The notes below the pieces were generated by a model, which was not told the DNA's origin, ran no database searches, and saw only the letters and a list, made by a program, of their open reading frames with translations. A stretch of DNA of 63,794 nucleotides, counting the filler, from an uncultured bacterium (GTDB lineage Bacteria; Latescibacterota; UBA2968): assembly GCA_964471275.1 (NCBI GenBank). It is 4 parts of 4 records of this genome, joined end to end, with 100 filler letters (N's around TTAATTAATTAA, not from the genome) between each part and the next. Parts side by side here need not be neighbours in the genome. Positions count along the whole stretch, not along the records: positions 1 to 15,945 come from CAYYGZ010000097.1; 3 more parts are not named here. One strand, given 5' to 3'. Numbering within the stretch: the stretch's first letter is position 1; every line of letters starts with the position of its first letter. Shown here piece after piece: positions 1 through 8,708 of this stretch. Both the position numbers and the translations under genes were made by a program.

Positions 1-198
1 AAGCGCGATTTTAAGCTGATCTGGCCTAGGACTGAGGTGCGAAGCAAATACGGTGATTCGCATCTTGGACACGTATTCAGTGACGGTCCGGAGCCAACAG
101 GGCTGCGATACTGCGTCAATTCGGCAGCCCTTCGCTTTGTGCCCGTCGAGGACCTCGAGAAAGAAGGCTATGGAGCCTATCTGGAACCGTTCAAGTAG
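1..198 (+). CDS. msrB: Peptide methionine sulfoxide reductase MsrB (or MsrAB), 3' fragment at contig edge
   Basis: Manual frame-1 translation ...[52 protein letters not shown] contains the HLGHVF and RYCxNS MsrB signatures. Missing from the ORF track because it has no start codon. Confidence 0.93.
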   Translation, partial: KRDFKLIWPRTEVRSKYGDSHLGHVFSDGPEPTGLRYCVNSAALRFVPVEDLEKEGYGAYLEPFK

Positions 199-305
199 CT
201 GCCGGAGTGCCGTGTTAAGGAGGGGCGTCGGCAGATGTGGCTGGCGCCACGTTTCTGTCTGTCTCTTGAAGGCCGGGAACGGTCTCGGATGGCTGCCCTG
301 ATTCG

Positions 306-1328
306 CTAGAACTCGAGTTCGTGCGCGTGTTCAGCGAAGGCCTTCAGAAGCGCGACCGTTGCTTCGATGTCCTGCTTGTGACAAAGCTGAACAGTGGAAT
401 GCATGTAGCGGACAGGTGCCCCAACCGTTGTGCTCAGGGCGCCGGCCTTTGTGCGCTGTATGGCTGATGCGTCTGTGCCACCACCGATGTTTCGCTGGTA
501 AGTGATCTGCTGGATCTCGCAGAGATCGAAGAGGAATCGGACCAAGCGACGATCCCCGACGGTCAGCTTATCCATGATGTATATACCTGTGCCATTCCCC
601 ATTTCGCAGATCGAATCGTGCTTCGAGATATGCGCGCCACAGGTGACACTCCCGTCGATCGCGAGACCCACATCAGGTTCTATGGCGTAGGCAGCGGTTG
701 GCATCCCACGGACACCCAGCTCCTCCTGTACGGTACTGACGGCATACACGTCGACCGAGGTCGACTCCAGTTGGGACATTGCGTCGACGAGGCAATAGGT
801 CCCGATTCGATCGTCAAAGTTCCTCCCCACATATACCTGATCATTCAGCTCATCCAGCTCCGCCGCGAACGTGATCACATCGCCAATCTCGATGGCGTCA
901 AGGACGGCATCTCTCCGCAAGCCCACATCGATCAGCATTTCATCCAGCGCCGGAAGTGGTAGACCGTTTCTTCTCGGGACAATGATGCCGTTCACTGGGC
1001 TGCGACTGTGGATGATCACCCGTTGCGACACGATCGCCTGCGGGTTCAGACCACCGACAGGTTGGAAGCCGATGAAGCCATCGCTGTCTATGAATTTGAC
1101 CATCATACCGACTTCGTCGGAGTGGGCGGCCAAAACCACCTTTAACGGCCGGTCTCCTTCAACAGGCGGATTCGTCGCCCGTTTCAGGCCGATCACGTTA
1201 CCCATGCGGTCGCACGAAACCTCGTCGCACGAATCACTGAGGATCCCTTTCACGACTTCTTGGATTGCCTCCTCATAGCCCGGGATACCGGGTGTGTGAC
1301 ACACCTGCTCCAACAGTTGATTGTTCAT
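306..1328 (-). CDS. M42 family metallo-aminopeptidase (FrvX/TET-like)
   Basis: Motifs AAHSDEVG, FDDRIG, STVQEELG, GGTDA, RYMHS. Confidence 0.9.
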   Translation of the reverse strand: MNNQLLEQVCHTPGIPGYEEAIQEVVKGILSDSCDEVSCDRMGNVIGLKRATNPPVEGDRPLKVVLAAHSDEVGMMVKFIDSDGFIGFQPVGGLNPQAIVSQRVIIHSRSPVNGIIVPRRNGLPLPALDEMLIDVGLRRDAVLDAIEIGDVITFAAELDELNDQVYVGRNFDDRIGTYCLVDAMSQLESTSVDVYAVSTVQEELGVRGMPTAAYAIEPDVGLAIDGSVTCGAHISKHDSICEMGNGTGIYIMDKLTVGDRRLVRFLFDLCEIQQITYQRNIGGGTDASAIQRTKAGALSTTVGAPVRYMHSTVQLCHKQDIEATVALLKAFAEHAHELEF

Positions 1329-1352
1329 TCGTCTTCTCCGTAGGATCGATTC

Positions 1353-2027
1353 CTAGTAGTCGTCAAGTGCCGTACGCGTGAATTGTACGAGGTAATCCAT
1401 CAGCGCTTCGGATGCAGATGCCGCAGCGGATTCGTCATTGTCCGAAACAGCTTGGAACAGGGCGCTGTGGGCGGCTGCTGACTGGTTCAGGTCACCATTC
1501 TGTCTGTACATATACCAGAATCTTCGGCAGTGGGTGTGTAACGGCGCAGTGGCTTGCACGGCGAACAGATTCCGGCTCGCATTCTCGAGGATTGCGTCGG
1601 CTTCGCTGTCCACTCGCATGAATCCCGCAATGTCAGGAATGGCGGCAGCCTCAGCGATCCGTGACCCGAGCCCTCGCAGCGTCTCGCGCTGATCGTGCGT
1701 CGCACGTCTGGCCGCGCGGACAGCAATTAGCCCATCCAGCACACGCCTGGTGTCGAGCAGGGCCAGGTGTTCGGGGATGTTGATCTCGGTGACGAGGATT
1801 CCGTGGCGGGGCACGGCGGTCACGAGACGCTCGATCGCCAGCCGCTGCAGTGCCTCGCGAATGGGAGTGCGTCCGATACCCAGTCTCGAGCTCAGATCCT
1901 TCTCGGTCACGTTGCTTCCCGGTGCCAGATCCAACGTCACGACCAGTTCTTCGATCAGCCGATACGCCCTGATGGACAGGCTCTCTCCCGAGATGTCTGC
2001 CGGTGCAGTTGCAGGGGCCCGCTGCAT
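1353..2027 (-). CDS. GntR/FadR-family transcriptional regulator with FCD domain
   Basis: wHTH LGIGRTPIREALQRL and a helical C-domain with HxxL; likely start ATG 2027 (MQRAP). Confidence 0.92.
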   Translation of the reverse strand: MQRAPATAPADISGESLSIRAYRLIEELVVTLDLAPGSNVTEKDLSSRLGIGRTPIREALQRLAIERLVTAVPRHGILVTEINIPEHLALLDTRRVLDGLIAVRAARRATHDQRETLRGLGSRIAEAAAIPDIAGFMRVDSEADAILENASRNLFAVQATAPLHTHCRRFWYMYRQNGDLNQSAAAHSALFQAVSDNDESAAASASEALMDYLVQFTRTALDDY

Positions 2028-2227
2028 AGCCAAGTCACCTCGTCCCTTCAGCTGCAAGCCTGTCGATGTTCGGCGTAGGTATCTTTGAGTCCGGAATGTT
2101 GCATCCGACGTCTCCCCAGCCCGTATCATCTGCCATCACAAAGACAATGTTTGGCCTGTTCATCGATCCCTACCCTCGCGTGCACCTGTTCGATTCGATC
2201 GTCTGAGAATTCCTGTGGCGAAATCTA

Positions 2228-2247
2228 TGATATATCAGTAATATACT
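2228..2247. promoter_or_regulatory. Candidate GntR operator in the divergent promoter region
   Basis: Perfect palindrome TGATATATCA (2228-2237) overlapping a second dyad AGTA-ATA-TACT (2237-2247), in an AT-rich patch between gntR and the peptidase operon. Confidence 0.55.
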
Positions 2248-2299
2248 AAAGTCAATCTGCATAGCGATAGCTGCGGACCTCTGTCGGAGGAAGATCAAG

Positions 2300-3634
2300 G
2301 TGTTCCAATCAGACTTTAGCAGTGACGTGTTTGCGACGAGACGCAAACGCGTTCTCGAATCCATCGGTGACGAGGCCGTAGCACTCATACAGGGCGGTCC
2401 CAAAGAGCCTGCTCACGATGTGTTTCGCCAGACGAATGACTTCTACTATCTCTGCGGTGTCGAAGTGCCGCACAGCTACCTGCTTATCGATGGGCGTTCG
2501 GGAGAGTCCTCTCTGTTCTTGCCGCATCAGTCGCCAGAACGGCGTGAAAATGAGGGAGAGGATCTGGCGCCGGATAATGCGGAGACCGCGTGTCAGCTGA
2601 CCGGCGTCGATCACATCTATGGTATCGATGGACTCGGTCGGACAGTACAGCGAGCGGCGACCGTGTTCACGCCGCTTCGTTCAGGCGAAGGTGCGGGCAT
2701 GAGTTGGGACACGCTCCAGCGTTCGCACCAGGACGCGGTCGCGGATCCGTGGGATGGGCAGTCTGAGCGGATGCGCGCTTTTGTAAACCTCCTGTGTGAA
2801 CGCGTGCCGGGCGTGCAGATTCAGGATCTAGCACCCGTCATCGACAAGCTTCGATTGATCAAGGATGAGGCAGAGAACATACTCCTCAGAAAAGCAGGCA
2901 AGCTGACGGCAGTCGCCATCATCGAGGCCATGCGCAGCACGCGACCGGGTGTGATGGAATACCAGCTCGACGCCGTCATGCGATACACATATCTGGCGGG
3001 TGGTGCTCGGGATGCGGGATACCGGGCGATCATCGCGGGAGGCGTGAACACGTGGTATGGTCATTACAACGCGAACGACCAAGAGCTCTTGGAAGGTGAC
3101 ATTCTCCTGGCCGACTGCGCGCCGGACTACAGATACTATACAAGCGATATTGGTCGCATGTGGCCGGTCAATGGCGTGTACTCCGATATCCAGCGCGAAC
3201 TGTATGGATTCATTGTCGAGTATCACAAGGAACTGCTGAAGGTCATCCGGCCGGGCGTGATGACCAATCAGATTCTGAGCGAAGCTGCAGATAAGATGAC
3301 GATAGTGATCGAGAATACGAACTTCACAAAGCCGATCTATGAGGCGTCGGCGAGAAGTGCTCTCGCAAGATGCCATCTGACACATCCGGTCGGAATGGCG
3401 GTGCACGATGTCGGCTCCTACCGCGAAAGACCCCTGGAGCCGGGGCTGGTGATCACGTTGGATCCGATGATGTGGGTGCCGGAAGAGAAGCGATACATCC
3501 GTGTCGAGGATACACTTCTGATCACGGAAGACGGATTCCAGAATCTGACAGAAGATGCCCCCCTTGAGTTGGATGATGTGGAGGCACTGATGGAGCAGGA
3601 TGGGATGCTGCAGAGCTATCCCGCAATCGGGTAA
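2300..3634 (+). CDS. Xaa-Pro aminopeptidase / M24B peptidase family protein
   Basis: N-terminal FRQTNDFYYLCG; C-terminal YTSDIGR, HPVGMAVHD, IRVED. Confidence 0.9.
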   Translation: MFQSDFSSDVFATRRKRVLESIGDEAVALIQGGPKEPAHDVFRQTNDFYYLCGVEVPHSYLLIDGRSGESSLFLPHQSPERRENEGEDLAPDNAETACQLTGVDHIYGIDGLGRTVQRAATVFTPLRSGEGAGMSWDTLQRSHQDAVADPWDGQSERMRAFVNLLCERVPGVQIQDLAPVIDKLRLIKDEAENILLRKAGKLTAVAIIEAMRSTRPGVMEYQLDAVMRYTYLAGGARDAGYRAIIAGGVNTWYGHYNANDQELLEGDILLADCAPDYRYYTSDIGRMWPVNGVYSDIQRELYGFIVEYHKELLKVIRPGVMTNQILSEAADKMTIVIENTNFTKPIYEASARSALARCHLTHPVGMAVHDVGSYRERPLEPGLVITLDPMMWVPEEKRYIRVEDTLLITEDGFQNLTEDAPLELDDVEALMEQDGMLQSYPAIG

Positions 3635-3647
3635 GAATGGAGGCCGT

Positions 3648-4835
3648 GTGAAGATTACGTCTATCGAGACGATCCCTGTAAGCTTGCCTGTCGGCAAGTT
3701 CAAAGATGGCGATCACAAGGTCAGAGGCATAAACGCGCCTGCGAGGTATCCGACCGATACGCCGACTGATCAGCCCCGTGTACCGGACTCGAAGGAAAAT
3801 CTCATTCTGTCAAACGTGATCGTGAAGATTCATACCGACAGCGAGTTCACCGGTGTAGGAGAGGCAGCCTGCGATGCGACCGAACCCGTGGATGTGGTGT
3901 GCGCGATGATCGATCGGCACATGGCACCACGGTTGATCGGAAAGGATCCTCTGGATTGGCGCAAGCTGATTGACCAGGTGAGCTGGGATTCAGACAGGGG
4001 GGCCACCCGGTTCTCGACATCGGGGATCGATCTTGCCCTGCACGACCTTGTCGGGAAGGCTCTCGGTGTACCGGTCTACACGCTCCTGGGCGGCAAGCGT
4101 AGGGCGCGAGTCCTTGCGTCGATCGAGGTCCCCCGGAACACACCGGAGAGGATGGCGGACCACAGTCAGGAATACTTTGAGCAAGGTGTCCGGGGAATCA
4201 AGGCGAAAATCGGCTCGGACCCTGTACGGGACGCTGAATGCGTGAGAGCGATTCGGGAGAGGCTGGGTCCTCACATCAGTCTCCGAGCAGATGCCAACCG
4301 CGGATACACGGTAAAGGAAGCCATCACCTTCTGCGGTCTTGTCGAACAGTCGTCGGTCAATCTCGAGATCCTCGAACAGCCTGTCGGGACGCTCGATCTG
4401 GATGGAACAAAGCGAGTGCGAGAGGCGACCTCGATTCCCGTTGAAGTAGATGAGAGCGCATTCAGCCTTGCCCAGGTCCACCAGATCGTCAAGCACGACG
4501 TGGCTGATGTGATCAACACCAAGTGTGCCAAGGCCGGTGGGATCCTGGGGGTTGAGCGATGGGCGACGATCGCGGCGGCTGCAGAACTGCCGATCGTGAT
4601 TGGTACCGAATGGGGAGCGGGTCTGAAGGCTGCGGCCAAACTGCATCTGGGCGCTGCCATCAAGAACGCAGATCCTGTTGTCGAGTTCACGGAATTCATG
4701 ATTCACGAGCTTCTTCTGAAGGAGCCAGTGGAGCTTCAAGACGGCTATCTCAATGTTCCGGCAGGACCGGGGCTTGGGATGGAGCTCGATGATGAAAAGA
4801 TTGAAGCGTTTCGAACTCCTGTTTCGGGGGATTAG
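3648..4835 (+). CDS. Enolase-superfamily enzyme, muconate-lactonizing enzyme/dipeptide epimerase subgroup
   Basis: GIDLALHDLVGKALGVPVYTLLGG, KAK, ADAN, EQP, DES, INTK, PGLG; GTG start at 3648 after GGAGG. Confidence 0.9.
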   Translation: MKITSIETIPVSLPVGKFKDGDHKVRGINAPARYPTDTPTDQPRVPDSKENLILSNVIVKIHTDSEFTGVGEAACDATEPVDVVCAMIDRHMAPRLIGKDPLDWRKLIDQVSWDSDRGATRFSTSGIDLALHDLVGKALGVPVYTLLGGKRRARVLASIEVPRNTPERMADHSQEYFEQGVRGIKAKIGSDPVRDAECVRAIRERLGPHISLRADANRGYTVKEAITFCGLVEQSSVNLEILEQPVGTLDLDGTKRVREATSIPVEVDESAFSLAQVHQIVKHDVADVINTKCAKAGGILGVERWATIAAAAELPIVIGTEWGAGLKAAAKLHLGAAIKNADPVVEFTEFMIHELLLKEPVELQDGYLNVPAGPGLGMELDDEKIEAFRTPVSGD

Positions 4836-4867
4836 AACCCCGGACTAAAGCGCGTAGAGAGGAAACG

Positions 4868-5821
4868 ATGAGCAAGGAGAATCCATTCGCGGGTGTTGCA
4901 CCCGCCATCATGACGCCCTTCCGTCCTGACGGATTTGTTGACTTCGATGCACTTCTGGACAAGCGCAAGCGACTTGTCCAGTCGGGAATGTCGGCAATGG
5001 TCTGGCCGGGTACGATGGGAAACTGGTCTCAGCTTCGTCCGGAGGAGAGGAACGAAGGCGTCAGCCTTCTGGCAGAGCAGGGCCCGTTGATCGTCGGGAC
5101 AGGAGCTTCCAACACGGAGATGGCCGTCGGTTTTGCAAGACACGCGAAGCAAGCGGGAGCCGCCGGGTTGATGGTTATTCCCGAAGTGCTTTACATGGGT
5201 ACCGTGGCCCGAGCGCAGGAGGATCACTTCAGCCGTGTCTTGGACGCGGGTGACGGGCTTCCCTCAGTCGCCTACAATAATCCACCGGCCTATCGCTACT
5301 CTATGGGCGCCGATCAGTTCTTCAAGCTCAGGGAGCGCCACCCGAACCTGCTTGGCTTCAAGGAGAGCGGGGGCAAGGAGGCACTCACGCTGGCGGCGCG
5401 TCTGATCACGCATACGGAGGGTTGCTTTCTCGTTGTGGGGATAGACAATGCGCTTCTTCACGGTGTGATGGGCTGCGGAGCTGTTGGTGCCATCACAGGC
5501 GTCGGCAATGTGCTGCCCGACGAAGTGATGTATCTCTGGAACCTGTGTCAGCGGGCACAGTGTGAAGGTGACGCGAAGGCGTGGCGATTGGCTGAGGAAC
5601 TGGACCGACGGCTTCTACCGCTTTCGGACTACGATGCTGACCCCCGTCTCGTTCACTACTACAAGCATCTACTGACGCTTCTAGGCGAATCCGACTATGA
5701 ACAGCAGCGGCCAGAAGGTGCTTCACTCGGTGTTAGTGAGCTCAAGGAAGCCGAGGTTCAGCTCGCTCGTTTTCAACGGTGGTGGCAGAATTGGCCAGGG
5801 AAGAGCCATCTTGCGAACTGA
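4868..5821 (+). CDS. DapA-family aldolase/deaminase resembling 1-pyrroline-4-hydroxy-2-carboxylate deaminases
   Basis: PAIMTPF, GTMGNW, YNNP, GFKESGG (Schiff-base Lys), CGAVGAITGVGNVLP. Confidence 0.8.
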   Translation: MSKENPFAGVAPAIMTPFRPDGFVDFDALLDKRKRLVQSGMSAMVWPGTMGNWSQLRPEERNEGVSLLAEQGPLIVGTGASNTEMAVGFARHAKQAGAAGLMVIPEVLYMGTVARAQEDHFSRVLDAGDGLPSVAYNNPPAYRYSMGADQFFKLRERHPNLLGFKESGGKEALTLAARLITHTEGCFLVVGIDNALLHGVMGCGAVGAITGVGNVLPDEVMYLWNLCQRAQCEGDAKAWRLAEELDRRLLPLSDYDADPRLVHYYKHLLTLLGESDYEQQRPEGASLGVSELKEAEVQLARFQRWWQNWPGKSHLAN

Positions 5822-5839
5822 CGATTTGGAAATGAGCCT

Positions 5840-7408
5840 ATGAGTTTTCCCAGCATATTCAACGATGTGATCGGCCCGGTGATGCGTGGGCCATCGAGTT
5901 CGCACTGTGCTGCAGCTCTGAGGATCGGCCGACTGTGTCGCGATCTGATGATGGGAGACATCGATGATGTCCTGATCGAATTCGACCCCAAGGGCTCTCT
6001 GGCAACCACACATGACGGTCACGGATCGGATATGGGGCTGTTCGGCGGTTTTCTGGGTTGGGAAGCCTATGACGATCGACTCCCAGAATCTGCGAAGGCG
6101 ATCAGAGATGCCGGGATCACGGTGACCATCGATATCGTCGACATCGGGTATGCGCATCCGAACACCTACAAGATCACGCTCAAAGGTGGTGGCGAGAAAA
6201 GACAGGTGGTCGCGATCTCGACTGGCGGCGGTATGATCGAGGTTGTTGAGATCGATGGAGCAAAGGTTTCAATCGCGGGCGACTACTTCGAAACGCTGAT
6301 CTTCGTGCGATCGGAGAACGGGGTCGTGCGTCGTGTCGAGACGTCCATCGATCATGAAGAGATCGGATACAGGACCGGGCCCGATCCATTCATCGAGGTC
6401 AAATCCAGACAGTCTCCTGATGAATCGGTTCTCGCTCAGCTGGCGGCGATCGAGGAGGTGGCAGCCATTCGAAAGCTGTCGCCTGTTCTGCCTGTACTCT
6501 CGAGGAAGGGACTGGAATTACCGTTCACAAGCTGTGAAGCGATGCAGGTATACAACGAAGATCGAGGACTGGACCTCTGGGAACTCGCGGTTCATTACGA
6601 GAGCGAAAGGGGCGGTCTTACGGGTGACGAGGTGGTCGCGAAGATGGGAGAGATCGTCGAAATCATGCGATCCTCCGTCGATCGAGGGCTCGAAGGCACG
6701 GACTATGGCGACCGCATCCTGGGCAGTCAATCGGTGAACTTCGAGCGGCAGATGGAGGACCGAAGACTGATCGAGGGTGACACACTCAACCGAGTGATCA
6801 TGTTCACGAGCGCAATGATGGAAGTGAAGAGTTCGATGGGCGTGATTGTTGCCGCGCCAACGGCCGGAGCATGTGGCGCACTTCCGGGGGCCGTGCTGGG
6901 AGTGGGAAATGACCACACCGACGAGAGCGTGGTGAAGGCGATGCTGGCCGCGGGGTTGGTTGGTGTGTTCATCTCCAGGAACGCGACGTTTGCTGCAGAG
7001 GTCGGGGGGTGTCAGGCCGAATGTGGATCGGGTTCGGGGATGGCTGCGGCCGCTATCGTGAGTCTTGCGGGAGGAACGCTCGCGCAATGTCTGGCCGCTT
7101 CATCGATGGCGCTTCAGAATTCCCTCGGCCTGATCTGTGACCCGATCGCGAACCGGGTCGAAGCGCCCTGTCTCGGCAGAAATGTGCAGGCCGCAACCAA
7201 CGCCCTGTCTTGCGCAAACATGGCTCTGGCCAACTATGATCATCTGATTCCGCTGGATCAGGTCATCGATGCGATGGATAAGGTAGGGAAATCCATTGCT
7301 CCCGAATTACGCTGTACTTCGCTTGGCGGGCTTTCGATAACGTCTGCCTCGAAAGCGATAGAGTCCGAGTTGACGGGAATCGACAAGCCTGCTGAAGAAG
7401 ACGCCTGA
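5840..7408 (+). CDS. Fe-S L-serine dehydratase, single-chain beta-(ACT-like)-alpha fusion
   Basis: IGPVMRGPSSSH, ISTGGG, APTAGACG, GGCQAECG, GLICDP...VEAPC..RN. Confidence 0.92.
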   Translation: MSFPSIFNDVIGPVMRGPSSSHCAAALRIGRLCRDLMMGDIDDVLIEFDPKGSLATTHDGHGSDMGLFGGFLGWEAYDDRLPESAKAIRDAGITVTIDIVDIGYAHPNTYKITLKGGGEKRQVVAISTGGGMIEVVEIDGAKVSIAGDYFETLIFVRSENGVVRRVETSIDHEEIGYRTGPDPFIEVKSRQSPDESVLAQLAAIEEVAAIRKLSPVLPVLSRKGLELPFTSCEAMQVYNEDRGLDLWELAVHYESERGGLTGDEVVAKMGEIVEIMRSSVDRGLEGTDYGDRILGSQSVNFERQMEDRRLIEGDTLNRVIMFTSAMMEVKSSMGVIVAAPTAGACGALPGAVLGVGNDHTDESVVKAMLAAGLVGVFISRNATFAAEVGGCQAECGSGSGMAAAAIVSLAGGTLAQCLAASSMALQNSLGLICDPIANRVEAPCLGRNVQAATNALSCANMALANYDHLIPLDQVIDAMDKVGKSIAPELRCTSLGGLSITSASKAIESELTGIDKPAEEDA

Positions 7409-7428
7409 ATCACCTGGACAGGAGACAG

Positions 7429-8500
7429 CTACTTGAGGTTGTTCTCCAACCCGAGCGTTTCACTGTAGGCGAACAGAGCAGGGAGTCAACCCGTGTGAAG
7501 GAAGATCACGGTCTGGTCTGCCGCTATCTGGCCACGACGTGCGTGATCGATCAGACCCGCCATAGCTTTCGAGGTATAGACCGGATCCAACAGGATGTCC
7601 TCGAGCCTGCCAACGAGTTGCATCGCTTCGCGCGCATCATCAGACAGGATGCCATAGCCTTCCCCGACATAGTCAACGAGGGACGTGATGTCGTCGGGAG
7701 ACACGGTGGGATCAAGATCCAGAAGTCGCGCGCAGGCGTTTGCCGTTTCAGACAAACATTGCTCGAAGGTCCATCCGGGTGAGACGGTGTCAGCCATCGC
7801 GGGTAACCCGACCAACCGGATCGGGGATTCCAAGTGCTCCAAGGCAAACGCGATGCCGGACTGCGTTGTGTCCGATGAACAGAGCCATATCTGATCGATC
7901 CGTATGCCCGCCTCGTCTGCCTGGTCAATCAGTTCAAGCGTTGCAGCGGCGTAGGACGCAGCATAGAGGTCCAAACCGGATTCATCGCCTACACGCGGCC
8001 ACAAGTACCTTCCTTCCAGCGCTTTCGAGATCCGCTGCCTTCTCCCTTACCCTTTTTCCGTGTTCTGCCCATGATCCCTCGTCGTCGACGAGCGTGACCT
8101 CTGCGCCAACCATCAGGTCCAGGAGCAGACTTCCCTGGACCACCTGATCCTTTTCTCCTCGAACCTTCCGCAGGACAAGGTGGCATGCCAGACCGAGCTT
8201 CGCGCACGATGCCGCCAACTGCCGACAGTAATTGGACTGGGCAGCCGCTCCTGCGACGGCCGTGTTCACACCATCGCTGATCGCCTTGCCCAGCACATAT
8301 TCGAACATCCGGGTCTTATTCCCACCCAGTGTCAATCCGGTCAGATCATCGCGTTTCATCCAGATCGTCGGACCTGCGATCTCGTTTGTAAGACGGGCAC
8401 AGTGCTCCAGAGGGGTCGGAAGGACAGCGAGTTCTACTCGGGCCAACCGCGACAACGCTTCAGTCAGTTCGGCTCTCTTGCTCCGGTTGAGTTGATTCAC
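7429..8500 (-). pseudogene. PLP-dependent D-cysteine desulfhydrase/ACC deaminase family pseudogene
   Basis: KRDDLTGLTLGGNKTR, QSNYCR, LLDPVYTSKAM, FLHTG. Frameshift near 7995. In-frame TGA at 7486-7488 where Gly is expected (HTG*LPALFAY...); the frame continues to TAG at 7429. Confidence 0.85.
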
Positions 8501-8708
8501 GAAGTCCTCCTGAGTGCATTACCATTCCGCGCGATTCGAATCCGCATCGGGCCGAATTCAGCGGCGTGTGTTCGAGTTTATATTCCTGGATGGGACGCGG
8601 GATACAGACAATAACGGATGGGACCTTGTGTTAAGCTGGTGGTCGGTTGACGGTGCCGGTCGGAGAGCCTATTGTGCAAGGCCGGTGAGACCTCTTTGGG
8701 ACAGGTGC

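Noticed and set aside
7486..7488. TGA at a conserved Gly, suggesting UGA=Gly recoding or readthrough
   Set aside because: Many intact genes here (for example ffh and the sulfatases) end in TGA at their expected termini, and this gene also has a frameshift; it is an ordinary nonsense mutation
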